From Paragordius varius (lineage: Eukaryota; Animalia; Nematomorpha): a stretch of DNA of 64,000 bases. Positions 1 through 13,097 of this stretch are shown here, piece after piece (position 1 is the first letter of the stretch; each line of letters begins with the position of its first letter). Position numbers and translations under genes: made by a program. The DNA is taken from the NCBI GenBank assembly GCA_964247055.1, contig OZ176055.1, positions 5,332,001-5,396,000 of the forward strand, in the 5' to 3' direction. The notes below the pieces were generated by a model. It did no database searches. It was not told the DNA's origin and worked only from the letters and a program-made list of their open reading frames with translations.

Positions 1-167
1 AGATGAAAGTAGATTGTTATGGCGCATTAATCTATCTAAACTTTTAACATCTTATCGAAAATGGACATCCATAAAAATTATGACCCGTATATAAAAAAAA
101 CTTAACTCAATCAGAAAAATAGTCAAAAATATATACATAAAAATTTAAAAATAAATACTTGAACCAG

Positions 168-3100
168 CTAAGCTTTTGGTTGCTGCATGGCCATTTGTTG
201 ATAATAGGCAGCCCAAGCTGCTGTAAAATCTGGGAAAATTTAAATTAATCAATCAAAATCAAACATTTGTGACAAAATGAATATATGAATCAGATCAACG
301 AGTTGAAATCATGTGTATATCAAATGAAACACGGAAATGTATCATCATTTTAATGAATGAGACATATAAATACCTTGATTGTAAGCAGGAGCAGCTCCGC
401 CACTAACAACGGAGGAGTTGTGGTGTTGGTTTTGCTGCTGAGAGGCGCCTTGGTGGTGTTGTTGTTGTTGCTGCGCTTGTTGTTGGGGATGATGGCCGCC
501 GCCGCCGCCTTGTTGAGGAGCTGTGTTAGCATTCGCTCCTTGCCCATAAGCTCCGCCCGCTTGCCCGCCATGCTGGCCAGCTGACGCGCCCCCAGCTGAT
601 CCGGCGGCCGCAGCAGCTGCAGCCTGGGCATAGTACTGCTGATAGTAAGCGGTCCAAGCAGCTGCAACATCGGTGGCTGAAGAGCCTGCGCTCCCGGCCG
701 TTGACGACGTTTGTTTGCCTAAGAAAAGAAAGATAATGAAAATCGTTTTTTATAAAAAAGATTACCAAAACTAATCAATTTTGATTTTAAATAATTCCAT
801 TCAATACAATAATATTTTAGCATTAACAGCAAAATCGTTATAATTTTATGATGGTAAAATAAAAATAAATTGGTGCATATCAATATTTAAGGCTGAATTA
901 GTATTTAGAATTATTCGTTGCAACATTAGTAAAATAATAATAAAAATTTATAAATTATTGTTAATTATAAATAAAATTTGATGAACATGCGAGCATTAAT
1001 TCCATATCTAATATGTTGAATTAGCCGTGTCTAACTGAATTTGATTAATAAATTTTATTATCAAAATTATGATATAAATAAACTTGGGTCATTGGATCCC
1101 CATTGATTGTAGGAAGAACCCCATGTTTGGCCATAAGGATTAGCAGTTCCCATGCCTGGATAACCGTAAGCGGCAAGAGCAGCCGCAGCATTTCCGGCTA
1201 ATGCGTTTTGTGGAGGAGGAACTGGGATGCTCGGAACGGGCTAGGAGAAAAAAATTAAAGACAAAACTCATAGAGAAATGGTGAATCAGAATAGGAAAGT
1301 AATTGTCTTACAATATCAGCCTTTTCACAAACAAGTTGTGCAGCGTGAGTAACTTGGCTATGCGTCCCCTTAATAACAAAAGCTTTTTCGGGACTATTTG
1401 GATCGGTATTAACTCTTCTATCCAATTCAACGTGTGCTCCAGTGAGAACACTTATGTTTTTGACGTTTTCGCCACCTTTACCAATAACTAAACCGCATTT
1501 ATTGGTCGGTATCATAATATGAACTTCCTGCTGTTGTGTGTACGAACTTGAAGGATCTGGTGTGCCTCCCAATGTGTTGACTATGCCTCGAGAGCCAAAT
1601 GTTCTCTAAAAAGGTTATAAAATTATTAAGTCAATAGTCATATAGAACCCTTTAAAAAAATAAATATATTTGTAAAGAATATATACTTCATAATTCATTT
1701 GTGCTGTTTGGACATAACTATTGATAGACACAAATGCTGTTTCTATTTGATTTTGTCCACCTGCTACAATAAGGATTCTATCTCCTTGTGGATTTATATC
1801 TATGAAAATAACATATTAGAATATAATTTACATAAAAATTTTTATCGTTACCTCCTTCTTTGAATCGTATACGGGCTCCTGAATCCATCATGATGCGTTT
1901 TATAGTTTCACCATTTTTACCAATAATCAGTCCAATAGCACATTTTGGAATTATTTGCTATAATAAATTAATAAATGTCAAAAAAAGATTAAGAATAACT
2001 ATATAATAAGAATCAAGGTTTATTTCGCATCGTTCTTAGCTTCCTCATTTATAAAAGAATATTATTTATCTGTAATTATAAAAAAGGATGGATAGTTAAA
2101 ATGTAATATGATGACTACATTATTAAATTATAATTTTAATAAATTTTAATTTTTTTGTAATAAGCTTTTTTTGAAAAAAAACGTTAACACTATCAAAGAT
2201 ATAACCTCTCGGGTAACATATGGTCCCTGCACTTGTGTGGTGTAATCATTGTTATCGAAGGTGTAACCATGTTGAGCCAACAACTCAGCCACGAGTTCTT
2301 TAGCTCGTTCGATTCTCTCAGGGTCGCCCATAATACGGAGTTCTTTTTCGGGGGCATTCGCATAAATACCATCTTGGATCATAACCATGCGGACACCGGC
2401 TTCCTCTTGGAGTTTCTGTGAACAAACGGTATTATACATTATTAAAACCATTAGCAAAAACAAATATTATCGAAAGAATATTTGCGATTGAACCTTGATA
2501 TTCTCTCCAGATTTGCCAATAACTAAACCAACTTTATCAGAAGGGATACCCACACTAACGATTGTTTCGTCTTCGGGGGCGATCGGGGCGCCAGGTGCTG
2601 GAATAAGAGCGGATTTTGCTTTTTCTATCATTTGGTCAATCATTTCTTTAGCTTTGCTATATTTATAAATATGCACATAAACTGTCGTTTATATATTATT
2701 TTCCTATATTAATTGATTAACAAAATTAAAATCGACAAATAATTTTTTGTATCATGAAATATAAAACTCGATAATATGGCTTAACGTTTCTTAAATTATA
2801 TCGGGATTTGAAAAATTAATATGTTAATCAAATGCCGATTACCATTAAACAATTAAAAAACGATTTTCATTTAAAAATATAGATATTTTAGAACAAAAAA
2901 TTCTGGCAGAAATTTAATGTATATCTTTTCCAAAAATGCGTCGCAATTTATTTAAAAAACGGATTTAACACTTCGATTCGAATTGGGGTATCTAAATACC
3001 ACATACAATATTTAAGTTAATATTTTAAAAAATGTTAAAAGAAACGGTTTCAATTTGAATTTATGTTTTTACCCTAATATAAACTATATAAATAATCCAA

Positions 3101-5217
3101 AATATCTAGATAAAATTTAGTTTGGATAAAAAGTTCCATATCAAATTATTTGGACGCTATTTTTATTTTTAAACATTTTTGGAAAATATATTGTTTATTT
3201 GATTCTAAGCCTAAAATTAAGTTTATTTATATTAACACTTAGTACAAGACATTCATTTTAGTCCTTCGATTAAAATTAGGGTGGTTGGAGACCCCAGGCT
3301 TGTTTAAAATTAAATACTCTGAAAAATATAAAGAAAATCAAAACATGGCAAAATTTTGCACCTATATAACATCAATAAACCGAAATATATAAAAAAAATT
3401 AATTCAAAAATACGTGATATTTCATTTTTTAATGTAAATCCCAAAGGTAAAAATTTGGTCAATGATTGGCTGAATTGAATAATATTACAAAATAAACCAC
3501 TTTTTTATTTCTATCAATGTTAGATGTAATGTAATTAAAAAGTTAGCTTTAATTCTAACGTTAAAATCAAAAAACGATATCTTGCAAAATTTTTCTAAAA
3601 TAAAAATGACGTCTAAGTAGTTTCACATGGAACTTTTTTTCAGAACGAATTTTTTTTAGATTTTGGCTTTTTAAAAAATTTATTAGGATAGAAGCATTAA
3701 TTTAAATTGGGACTGTTTCCTTCAGTAGTTTTTTACAATTATTGATTTAAATTTAGTCTAAGGTATTTAGATACCCCAATTTAAATCGAAGTGTTAAAGT
3801 CAGATTAACATGTGGCATATTATGCATTATTTATATATTTAGCTTGTGCAGACATATGTCGAGTAAGTGTTTATTAACTCTAAATAAGTAATTAAGCACA
3901 GTCATGTATCCTTTATTTTATCAAAAATTTATTTATTTCGAATAAATATATATTTGTTAAAGAATGGGAAAAAACAAGACTTTAATAGTATTAACAATAT
4001 CATATTCACCAAAAAAATAAAAGATGTGTGGGGGATGACCATTAAAACAAAAAAAATTATTGATAAAATAAAGGATACATGACTGTAATTTTAAATAAAT
4101 TTTTTTATGGGTTCATTAATGTTATATGATTGCTAACTTTTGCCATGGTTTCAATTTCCATATTTTTGAAATATGGAAATTGCAACAAGCCTAGGGGATC
4201 TGACTACTCCAATTTAAATCAAAGGACTGACATAAATATTCTGCATTTAAGTTAATATACAATTGTAAACTTAACGAATTATTTGGCAAATATTATGAAA
4301 TATACAAGTATCTATTCTGACCCCATACTATTTTACAATACCATTGGACTTTTAAAAAAGAGATGTTTGGTATTTCAAAATTTGTATTCATTATTCATAA
4401 CTAATAGGAAATTTGATAAACAAATGTGCAGAATTTTTTTATAAATAAGTTTATTAGTGTTAGGGACGATAAATTAAGTTATATATAGTATTTCGGTAAA
4501 GATCATAAAAATTCTTTAACGGGTTTTTATTTGTTTTTTTTTCTGATTTCAAACATTAATTCAACATATGAGGTAGACAAAATTGTAATTGTTGCGATAT
4601 AGAAGTATTGGAAGAAAATTATTAGTGTAACTTAATAATTCAGCAAAAATTGTGGCTAGATGGCATCGCTCATTAAACTTATGACACATACCCAAATATT
4701 AAAAAAGATTTATTTGTTAGTAAAATATACTCGATACTCTGAGGTGGACCTGTTATAGTACATTTCCGATCGGGCATTCCACCGCTATCTTGTGCAAATT
4801 GTACACTTAAGACGCCAGTCTCACGCTGAATCTTAACTATATTTTCACCACCCTTTCCAATAACTGAAGATATAAAAATTATTTACCTAATCCGACCATT
4901 TTATCAGGAACTTGATATTCTTCTGAAACTAAAGTTTTGCCTTGCAACGCCTTTTGCTGCTGCAATGCGGCTAATTGAGCACCAAAAGCTACATAATTAA
5001 ATATTAAATACGGTCATTAACAGCAGCAGATCTTTTATCTATATCATTTTCTTCATCAGCCAGGCGTTTGGTACCCTTTTCCTCACCCATTTTAGCTGCG
5101 ATCTGAGTAAATATAAATTTGTAATTTGTTATTGAAATTTAATATTAAAATACCTACCTTTCTTGCTCTTTGAAGGGCATCGGTAAAAGCGTCATTTGAC
5201 AATGCTTGTGTGGACAT
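168..5217 (-). CDS. FUBP1: Far upstream element-binding protein (FUBP/KHSRP/Psi family), 4 KH domains plus C-terminal Tyr-rich repeats
   Basis: Exons 5217-5158, 5102-5012, 4988-4887, 4863-4731, 2656-2494, 2415-2206, 1957-1852, 1799-1687, 1605-1312, 1240-1084, 718-374, 229-168, all GT-AG and phase-compatible. N-terminus MSTQALSNDAFTDALQRARKIAAKMG matches the FUBP A-box. Four KH GxxG loops (VIGKGGE, VIGKSGE, IIGKNGE, VIGKGGE). AAWTAYY and DFTAAWAAYYQQ repeats precede TAG. Symbol is family-level. Confidence 0.93.
2970..3230 (+). mobile_element. Partial left arm of the TTAA piggyBac-like MITE family in FUBP intron 4
   Basis: Begins TTAA-CACTTCGATTCGAATTGGGGTATCTAAATACC, like the copies at 7778 and 57839. 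A matching right-arm fragment lies at about 4110-4230. Confidence 0.65.
3236..3793 (-). mobile_element. piggyBac-like MITE, full copy (~560 bp)
   Basis: TTAA at 3232-3235 and 3794-3797; ends CACTT...AAGTG; internal sequence is the reverse complement of 7778-8343. Confidence 0.8.
3899..4085. mobile_element. Small palindromic MITE (~190 bp)
   Basis: Terminal inverted repeats CAGTCATGTATCCTTTATTTTTATCAA and TTGATAAAATAAAGGATACATGACTG. Confidence 0.7.
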
Positions 5218-6385
5218 TTTACGAGATTTCACGTGATATTAAATTTTGGTTAGATTGGTAATCGAAATCGGAAATTCAATCGCAAATATAAGAGTTTGTC
5301 GAATACTTTGATTTTTAATTTTATTATCGGTAAATATCAAAAAATTAAACGGCTAACAATCTATATATTTTATTATATATGATATATGATTGTATATAGA
5401 TATTGGTTTTATATAAATTCCCAGGATTGATGTTACTTTTGAATTGGCAATGATTACGTTTATCATAAATTAATTCATATATATATATATATATATATCA
5501 CTTCCCAAGAGCCAAATTGTCAAATTATATCTGAGAAATCAATGTTTGATTTTTTATTAAAAACTAGAGGTACTTAACTATAACCATAGTTAAATAAAAG
5601 TTTAAAATAAATACTTTTTTGCATAATCAAAATTTGGTATTGTGTTGATTATTAAATAATGAAACTGAAAAGATAATAAAGTGATCTTACACTTTTTGTA
5701 AGGTGTGTATGTTACGTAGATGGATTATGCTGAAAAAATTTTACAAATAGATGATAAATTAAAAAATCTAACCTTATTTTACTAAGAAGATATCTTTAAT
5801 TATTCCGGGTTTTTGTTCACAATCAAAACTAAACCTAAGACATAAAATTGGTTAAATTGAAACTGTCTCTTATTACACAATGCTTGAAATATATATAATC
5901 GATAGAAAATGATTCAGGATAATGGTTCTTTTAGTGGGCCTTACCAGTAATATAAGAAAGCTATCAGCAATATTGTGGCAGGTGTTTCATATCAAAAATT
6001 AAATTTGCGCACATTTATAAAATATTTTTCGTTAGGAATGAAACATTTAGCTTTCACCAAAAAAGATTTATTTAACAAAAATGTGCCCAGATATCGCCAT
6101 TTTTCATATTAAGCAGTTACCACAAAAGTTGCCCTCTAGCATCATGATGCTGGGGGCTTGCGTTGTAGTCGCATAGGAGGAAAGAGTGACACAAATACGG
6201 GAAAGTTTACCTTTCATTGCTAACACCTAGTTGAACGTAGTCCCCCTGAACTACACTGCGTAACTTATAGATATGCATTTTATATTTTATTCTTATTTTA
6301 CTGATTAGTAAGTCAGAACTTCTAATTTAATGTCTTTTAATAAATTTTATACATTTATTATCCACCATAGTAAAAAAAATTGTTA

Positions 6386-6962
6386 ATGGATACAACACAT
6401 TCATTTTGTCCTTCGATTCAAATTGGGTTAGTTAAATACCCAAATTAAATTTTTAGAACATATAAGAGGAATCGAAACCATGGCCAAATCTTGCATTTAT
6501 ATAACATTAATAAACCGAAATATAAAATTTTATTCAAAAATACTTGATATTACTTTTAAGTTAAAACCGAAAGGTAAAAATTTAGTCAAAGTGACATGCG
6601 TGCAATGGTAAAATTGAAAAATAATACAAAATAAACACCTTTTTTTTCTATCAATGATGTAATTTAAATAAAAAATTAGCTTTAATTTTACCCTTAAAAT
6701 TATATAAAGACGATATTTTTCAAAAATTTTGAAAAATAAAATTGGCGTCTAAGTAGTTTGACATGGAACTTTTTTTTCAAAACAAAATTTTATTTAGATG
6801 TATTGGCATATTTATATAATTCATTTAAATAGAATCATAAATTCTAATTGAAACCGTTTCGTTCAGTAGTTTTTTAAAAATCCTAAACTCAAATTCTAGC
6901 AAATCTACAGTAGCAAATGGTTAAAATTTAACACTTCGATTTAAATTAGGGTATCTAAATAC
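6386..6962 (-). mobile_element. Degraded copy of the piggyBac-like MITE family
   Basis: GGATACAACACATTCATTTTGTCCTTCGATTCAAATTGGG at the start; body similar to 3236-3793; a short inverted end motif at about 6928-6962. Confidence 0.6.
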
Positions 6963-7777
6963 CGCAATTTAAAAAAATAATAAAAATACGGATGCTCAAC
7001 ATTAATTTATACAAGCGTTTATCAAAGATAAAACTTCAGAGTCAATATGGAATTTTAAATTTAAAATGTAGAAATTATATAAAGGAAAATTACACTGCAA
7101 TTTAAAATAAAAGATAAATGAATACGAATGCGGCATATTAACAAGATCTTACAAAGGGAAGAAGATATTTAATTTGATAAAAGGGGAACTTATTGATCTA
7201 TAAATGTTAGAATTAATAATATAAAAGGAAAAAATTGATTTAAATATCAGAGATTCAATGTATACCAATTGTAATTATCTAAAAAAACCTAATTAACGGG
7301 AATTACAAAAGATATTAAAACTTCATTGTCTTTTCGCTTTTTGGGCCTAGTTTACCTTTTGGGTTTTATATCTCAAAGCTCAATTTTGTAAATAAACTAC
7401 TCTTTTGAAGCTCCAATATTGAAACGAACAGCTGATATTTAAATCAAAATTTATCCAATTTTTGCCGGATAATGTAGTCTAAAAGCTTTTTAAAGTAAAT
7501 TGTTTACATTTCTTAACCAGAATATACAATAATTTGTGTGTTGCTAGTAATTTAAAATAATTTATAAAAATTAATGGCGGCAGAAAAGTTTGAGATGAGG
7601 ATATTTTTACAATTATACATTTTGAAAAAAAAGTGTAATGCCCCTAAAAAACTAAAATCATATTTATAAATTCTTCTACTTATTAAGATATTCAAGTATC
7701 AAATCGCTCTGGGATATAAAACTGCCCCAAAAGATAATGGAGTGTTAAGGACGTATGTCATAACTATCTAAAATTAA

Positions 7778-8343
7778 CACTTCGATTTAAATTGGGGTAT
7801 CTAAAAACCCCAGACTTAATTTGAGTTAGGATATTTCAAAAACTACTAAAGGAAACGGTCCCAATTTAATTTTATGCTTCTAATCTAATAAAAATTATAT
7901 AAATATGTCAAAATATCTAAAATTTTGTTTTGATAAAAAAGTTCCATGTCAAACTACTTCGACGCCATTTGTATTTTCAAAATTTTTGCAAAATATCGTG
8001 TTCCTTTCATTTTAAGGGTAAAATTAAAGCTAATTTTATATTTAAATTACATCTAACATTTATAGAAATAGAAAAAGCGGTTTAAATTGTATTATTTTTC
8101 AATTTTACCATTGCACACATGCCACGTTGACTAAATTTACTTTCGGTTTTAGCTTAAAATAAGTAATATCAAGTATTTTTGAATAAATTTTTCTATATAT
8201 TTTGGTTTATTAATGTTATATAAGTGCAAAATTTTGCCATGGCTTCGATTCCTTTTATATTTTTTAAAGAATTTAATTTTAAACAGGCCTGAACTACCCC
8301 AATTTGAATCGAAGGACTAAAATGAATGTGTTGTATCCAAGTG
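7778..8343 (+). mobile_element. piggyBac-like MITE, full copy (566 bp)
   Basis: TTAA at 7774-7777 and 8344-8347; left end CACTTCGATTTAAATTGGGGTA, right end TACCCCAATTTGAATCGAAGG...GTATCCAAGTG. Confidence 0.82.
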
Positions 8344-10345
8344 TTAAGATAATCTCCGTTCGTAAAGAAACTTCGCAATAATAAATGACTCTAATATTAA
8401 AAATACTTGAACATAACAAATCTTTAATCCAACTGCGGTATATGCATAAATCGCAGAAGCTCTGGTATATGTGATACATAAGAACGCCAAATAGATACCA
8501 TATGAAATCAACTATTTCCTGGAGAATAGACAAAAGATAGATATCCCGTGTGTCACATAAAGTTTTATCTTTGATAAAGCAAAAAATGCCAATAGATCGG
8601 CATAATCGTGAGTTGATGGTCCGATCAATAGATGGGACTCTTTCTACCTATTCTATAGATTCTTGTAAAGATTTATTGTTTCTGCATTGTTTGAATTCTT
8701 TGAATACTAAAACGCTTTAATGTTTTTAATTTTCTAGGCATATTTTTGAAAGAATTAAATATTATATAATTTCATTTTGCAAAGTTTTAAATCGGAACTA
8801 TGCAATCTATTATACGTTACTATGTAATAATAGTTATATCCAATTCATAAAATATTTATACTGGGCATAACAAATATTTTATATTAAAACGCATTGTTCA
8901 ATTAAATATAAACATAAAATTTAGGTAATTTAGGGAGATATGGTTAATAGAAACCTTTTGTGGAAAATTTTAGCTTTATTTAAGCGTATTTTACATCGGG
9001 TGAAGTCTAACCCAGGCGCCAATTAAAAATTTATGGTTTGCTAAATTTTTACTAAATTTATTTTTAATTCATATTTGTCTCTGTTTTAAACAAACCATCT
9101 ATTCAACCTCGTCGGTGTGAAATTGAGTTTTCTATAAAATACTTTGAAACTTTTTCCCGCAAAACATATCCCATATGAATTTAACAATGATACTAATTAA
9201 TTTAAAGAATAAAGCTAAATAAAACGGTTGCTCAATAATGGCATCGCCCTCTCTAAAATACGCAACTATTTAAAATATGGTAGCTTTTAGTCGCCTACGG
9301 CGTATTTTATAAATAAAATATTTTCAATTTAAAATGATAAACGTGGACTTTTACGTGTAAATTGTGTTAAAGACAATATTTTTTTGAAAAACACGGAATT
9401 TGAGAGGGGATAATCTAAATTTCAGCGCAATTGTAAAACATTGAAAAAATTAGAAACCGAATAGGCATCTACGTTTTTCGATAACGTGCTTCAAAAACAA
9501 TATTAGTTTAAAAAACCCATTTTTCCACGGGTGGGGCTCGATGAAAGAGCTAAATTAAAAAATGGTTAAGTCACCCTCCTCGCATTTATAATAATTCGAA
9601 AATCACAACTTGGAAACCATGAGCCTACATTTCCAAAAATTTGCTTCAAAGTTAATATTATTTTAAAACCCTTGTTTTAACACTAAGCGGAGCTCAATCG
9701 AGGGGTTACTTTGAAAAAAGGGCTTAGTAACTTTCGATTTATGTAATCCCCAAACATTACCACGATGTGTGACAGTTTATATTAATTACTCCCAACATAT
9801 TAGAACGGTAAAAACAAATAGACCATAGGAAACTAATAAGAAATTATAACACTAGTCATCAATTCTGATATTCAGGTTTTTATGATTTTTGATATCATTT
9901 TTACACTATATCTGATACTTTAATTATTAAATTTAAAATTTTTATTGCGAGTTAATTATATTTCGAATGAGAATTAAAACTCTTAAACATGCTTATTCAT
10001 ATGTTATCAGGGTTGATACTGAAGATATAGGGAGACGAATTAGAGAACCGGAGGTGTACAGGCTCAAGAATATTTTAAAACTAATTTAAAATCTTAGGCT
10101 TATAAAAGTTAATGAAGGCATATTTGTTGCTTTTACAGTATGAGTAAGTATACATTAGCAGTTTCTCATCAAAACTTCATGGCTTTTTGGGTAGTTTTAT
10201 ATTCTAGAGCGATTTAAAATTTGAATATTTTAACAAGTATTTAAGGTAAACCGAATTAAAAAATTGCTTACTTTAGCCTTTGCGCATAACACTGTGTGCA
10301 AAAAATTTTTTAACAAAATATTTTTTTCCATGAGATAGCTTAGGA

Positions 10346-10767
10346 TTTGTTTATCATGAGAGATTGTTCGCTTAAATGTATTTATCATTCTTTGTTCCAT
10401 ATTATCCAGCATATTTTCCTGCTTATTTGCCATGTTTCGCAAGCATAAGTTATAGCGGGTCTAACGCCAATTAGGTATATTTTGTTTATCCCAAAATATA
10501 TTCAAATCCGTAGACTTGGCTATTACGGTCACATTCAAAGATTAGATAACGATAATTGGATTAAAAATATAACAAACCTTAAGCCAAACAAACAAAACAG
10601 AGTTGGTCGTCCAGCAATAACATGGAACAAAAACATTACCCAAGACCTACAAAAAACATAAAAGCCGGTAACTGGTTAAACAAAGAATCCTTCAATGCAA
10701 TGATCAAACACCTAAACCCCGTCACGACGGGATGCCAAGGGACCCCTTGACAACAGAGATCCATCCA
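10346..10767. mobile_element. 422-bp insertion flanked by a 19-bp direct repeat, probably retroposed
   Basis: TCCATGAGATAGCTTAGGA occurs at 10327-10345 and 10768-10786; short (ATCC)n run next to the right repeat. Confidence 0.65.
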
Positions 10768-11208
10768 TCCATGAGATAGCTTAGGAGCAGCGTATTCATT
10801 TGCCGTAAAATTTTTTATTTGTTTACGACGTTTTTGAAATATTGAGAGAAAATCAAAATCGGGCAAAAACTGAAAATTAAGGATAATATAAAAGATAATG
10901 ATGAAAGTTGAGTTATTATGGTTTATTATCATTTTAAAATATTTTAGTATATAAATAACTAAAATCATATAAGAGTTTCCTTAACTCAGTTTAAAAGATA
11001 GCGTTTTTCTTTTAACACATGAAAACAAAAAATTTTTATGAAACTTTATTAAAATAATAATTTAAATTATTTACTAGCTGAACTCACTATTAAAAGGTTA
11101 AAGTTTTACTAAATCCTTTTTTGCTATATATAGTTTATAATTCCCACTCATGTAACCAAAATAAAACAGTATAAAATTTATCACTCATATTTTAGTTTTA
11201 GTTTTATA

Positions 11209-11509
11209 CCATTTACAATTTAAATTAACCCTTAAATAATTCAAATTCACCCTCGAACAATTCAATTTCACCCTTGACAATTCAAATACACCCTAAAACT
11301 ATATGTGTCAGCCTAATATAACTCATCATTAATAAGAAATAAATTTTTACTACATACTTTATTATTTTTTCAGCATTATATTAATTTAAAACAGAATTTC
11401 TTATTTTAAAAATTTTAAAAAATAAAGGTAATTTTTAATAATAAAAAAAAAACATTATTTATTTTAGGGTGAATTTGAATTGTTAAGGGTGAATTTCAAC
11501 TGTAAATGA
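11209..11509. mobile_element. TA-flanked MITE with 21-bp-repeat TIRs, nested in the foldback element
   Basis: CCATTTACAATT start with TTCACCCTYGAACAATTCAAA units; inverted units at 11465-11509. Confidence 0.65.
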
Positions 11510-12523
11510 TATATAATTTTTTTTAGAATAAAATATGAATGTTAAGATTTTAATAATGAGTTTAGCTAGTAAATAATTAAAAAGAATTATTTTAATATAA
11601 TTTCACAAAAAAATTTATTGCCTATCAGGTGTGTTAATGAAAAGCGCCATCTTTTGAACTGAGATATTAAAGAAACCCTTATATGATTTAAGTTATTTAT
11701 ATATTGAAATATAATGATATAATAAACCATAATATCTCAACTTTTATCATTATATTAAAAATCCTTAGTTATCCTTAATTCACTTTTTGATCGATTTCGA
11801 TTTTCTCTCAATATTTCAAAAACTAGGTCGCCAACAAATTAAAATTTTTGCGACAAATGAATTTGCTGGTCATAAGCTATCTCAAAAGATTTCTAGTAAA
11901 AAAACTAACCCTTTTATTGGCACACAGTGTAATACAAAAAAAATTTTAAAATTGAACCTTATTTCAAACTTTTTGGCCACTTTTTTTTATTTTTAATCAC
12001 TCATAAAATAGGCAAATAAATATATATTATGGTTACAAAATGTAACCAGCAACAACTTTTATTTTAAAATCAGCTGTTTAGTTTAATCGTGTTTTGGTGT
12101 CGGGGAAATTTTATACTCTTACAAAACTTTAAAAAATAAATCCTTATATCTAAAACAGGAAAACAATGTTTAAATAATAAATAAAATATCTTATAAAACA
12201 ACAGTTTATTTACAAGACTAAACTCTAGATATAAAACTACTCCAATGAAAAGGTCATTAGATGTTAATGTGTTCAGAGAGAATATTCAGCCAAGGGCAAT
12301 ATTAACAGCTTATAATTATTTTTTTACTTTTTTCTAATATTAGACAATAATAATTCTTTTTCTTTATGAAAAACTAACGATGTTTACTAATTCACACTGT
12401 ATAACGATCTCAACCGTAATTTTCTTTTTTTGCTCTTTTAGAAAACTACCATCTCGTCATTATCAAATATGTTGTATGATATCCATAAGGTATTGAAAAC
12501 CAATATATATATATATATATATA

Positions 12524-12871
12524 CCATTTACAGTTCAAGTTCACCCTTGAACAATTCAAATTCACCCTTGAACAATTCAAATTCACCTTTGAACAATTCA
12601 AATTCACCCTAATAATAAATTATGTGTTTTTGAACTAATATAACTCATTATTAATATGAAATATATGTTTATGGTATAGTTTATTATTTTTTCAGTATTA
12701 TTTTAATTTAAAACAAAATTTTTATTTTTAAAAAAATATATAAAACATAGGTGTTTTTTAATCTTAAAAAACATATATTTTATTTGAGGGTGAATTTGAA
12801 TTGTTCGAGGGTGAATTTGAATTGTTCAAGGGTGAATTTGAATTGTTTAAGGGTGAAATTGAACTGTAAAT

Positions 12872-12873
<2 letters not shown>
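12524..12873. mobile_element. 350-bp palindromic MITE inserted in a (TA)n tract
   Basis: Ends CCATTTACAGTTCAA and TTGAACTGTAAATGG; each arm has 3-4 copies of TTCACCCTTGAACAATTCAAA; (TA)n on both sides. A further degraded copy lies at about 21660-21965. Confidence 0.8.
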
Positions 12874-12913
<40 letters not shown>

Positions 12914-13097
12914 ATTTTTAAATTTATTTGCTAATGTTGAAAAATTTTCCCGCATAAACTGGCAAAAATACACCTACTATTTAGGAACTAATCAACATCA
13001 TATCAAAAATTTAAGAAAGAAAAACATTCGTTTTTAAATGTTTTAATTTTTCCAATTAGCACTCATCACGCTATTTTTAGGGAATTATATATTTTAA

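Larger units (their letters stand above)
10290..11929. mobile_element. Foldback / long-TIR non-autonomous DNA element with nested insertions
   Basis: Ends CACTGTGTGC...GCACACAGTG; about 350-400 bp of the left arm (10771-11120) is inverted at about 11560-11900. A related copy lies at 59024-60838. Confidence 0.7.

Noticed and set aside
350-768. ORFs 350-670, 357-584 and 526-768 in a GC-rich patch
   Set aside because: Shadow frames of FUBP exon 718-374, which encodes a Gly/Ala/Gln/His-rich low-complexity region in another frame.
8193-8533. Short ORFs at 8193-8378 and 8294-8533
   Set aside because: They overlap a MITE end and AT-rich repeat DNA; composition (F, I, K, L, N) is typical of random AT-rich frames.
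12530-12865. CRISPR-like array of 21-bp repeats
   Set aside because: Repeats are contiguous with no unique spacers, mirrored as inverted arms of a MITE, in a eukaryotic context with no cas genes.
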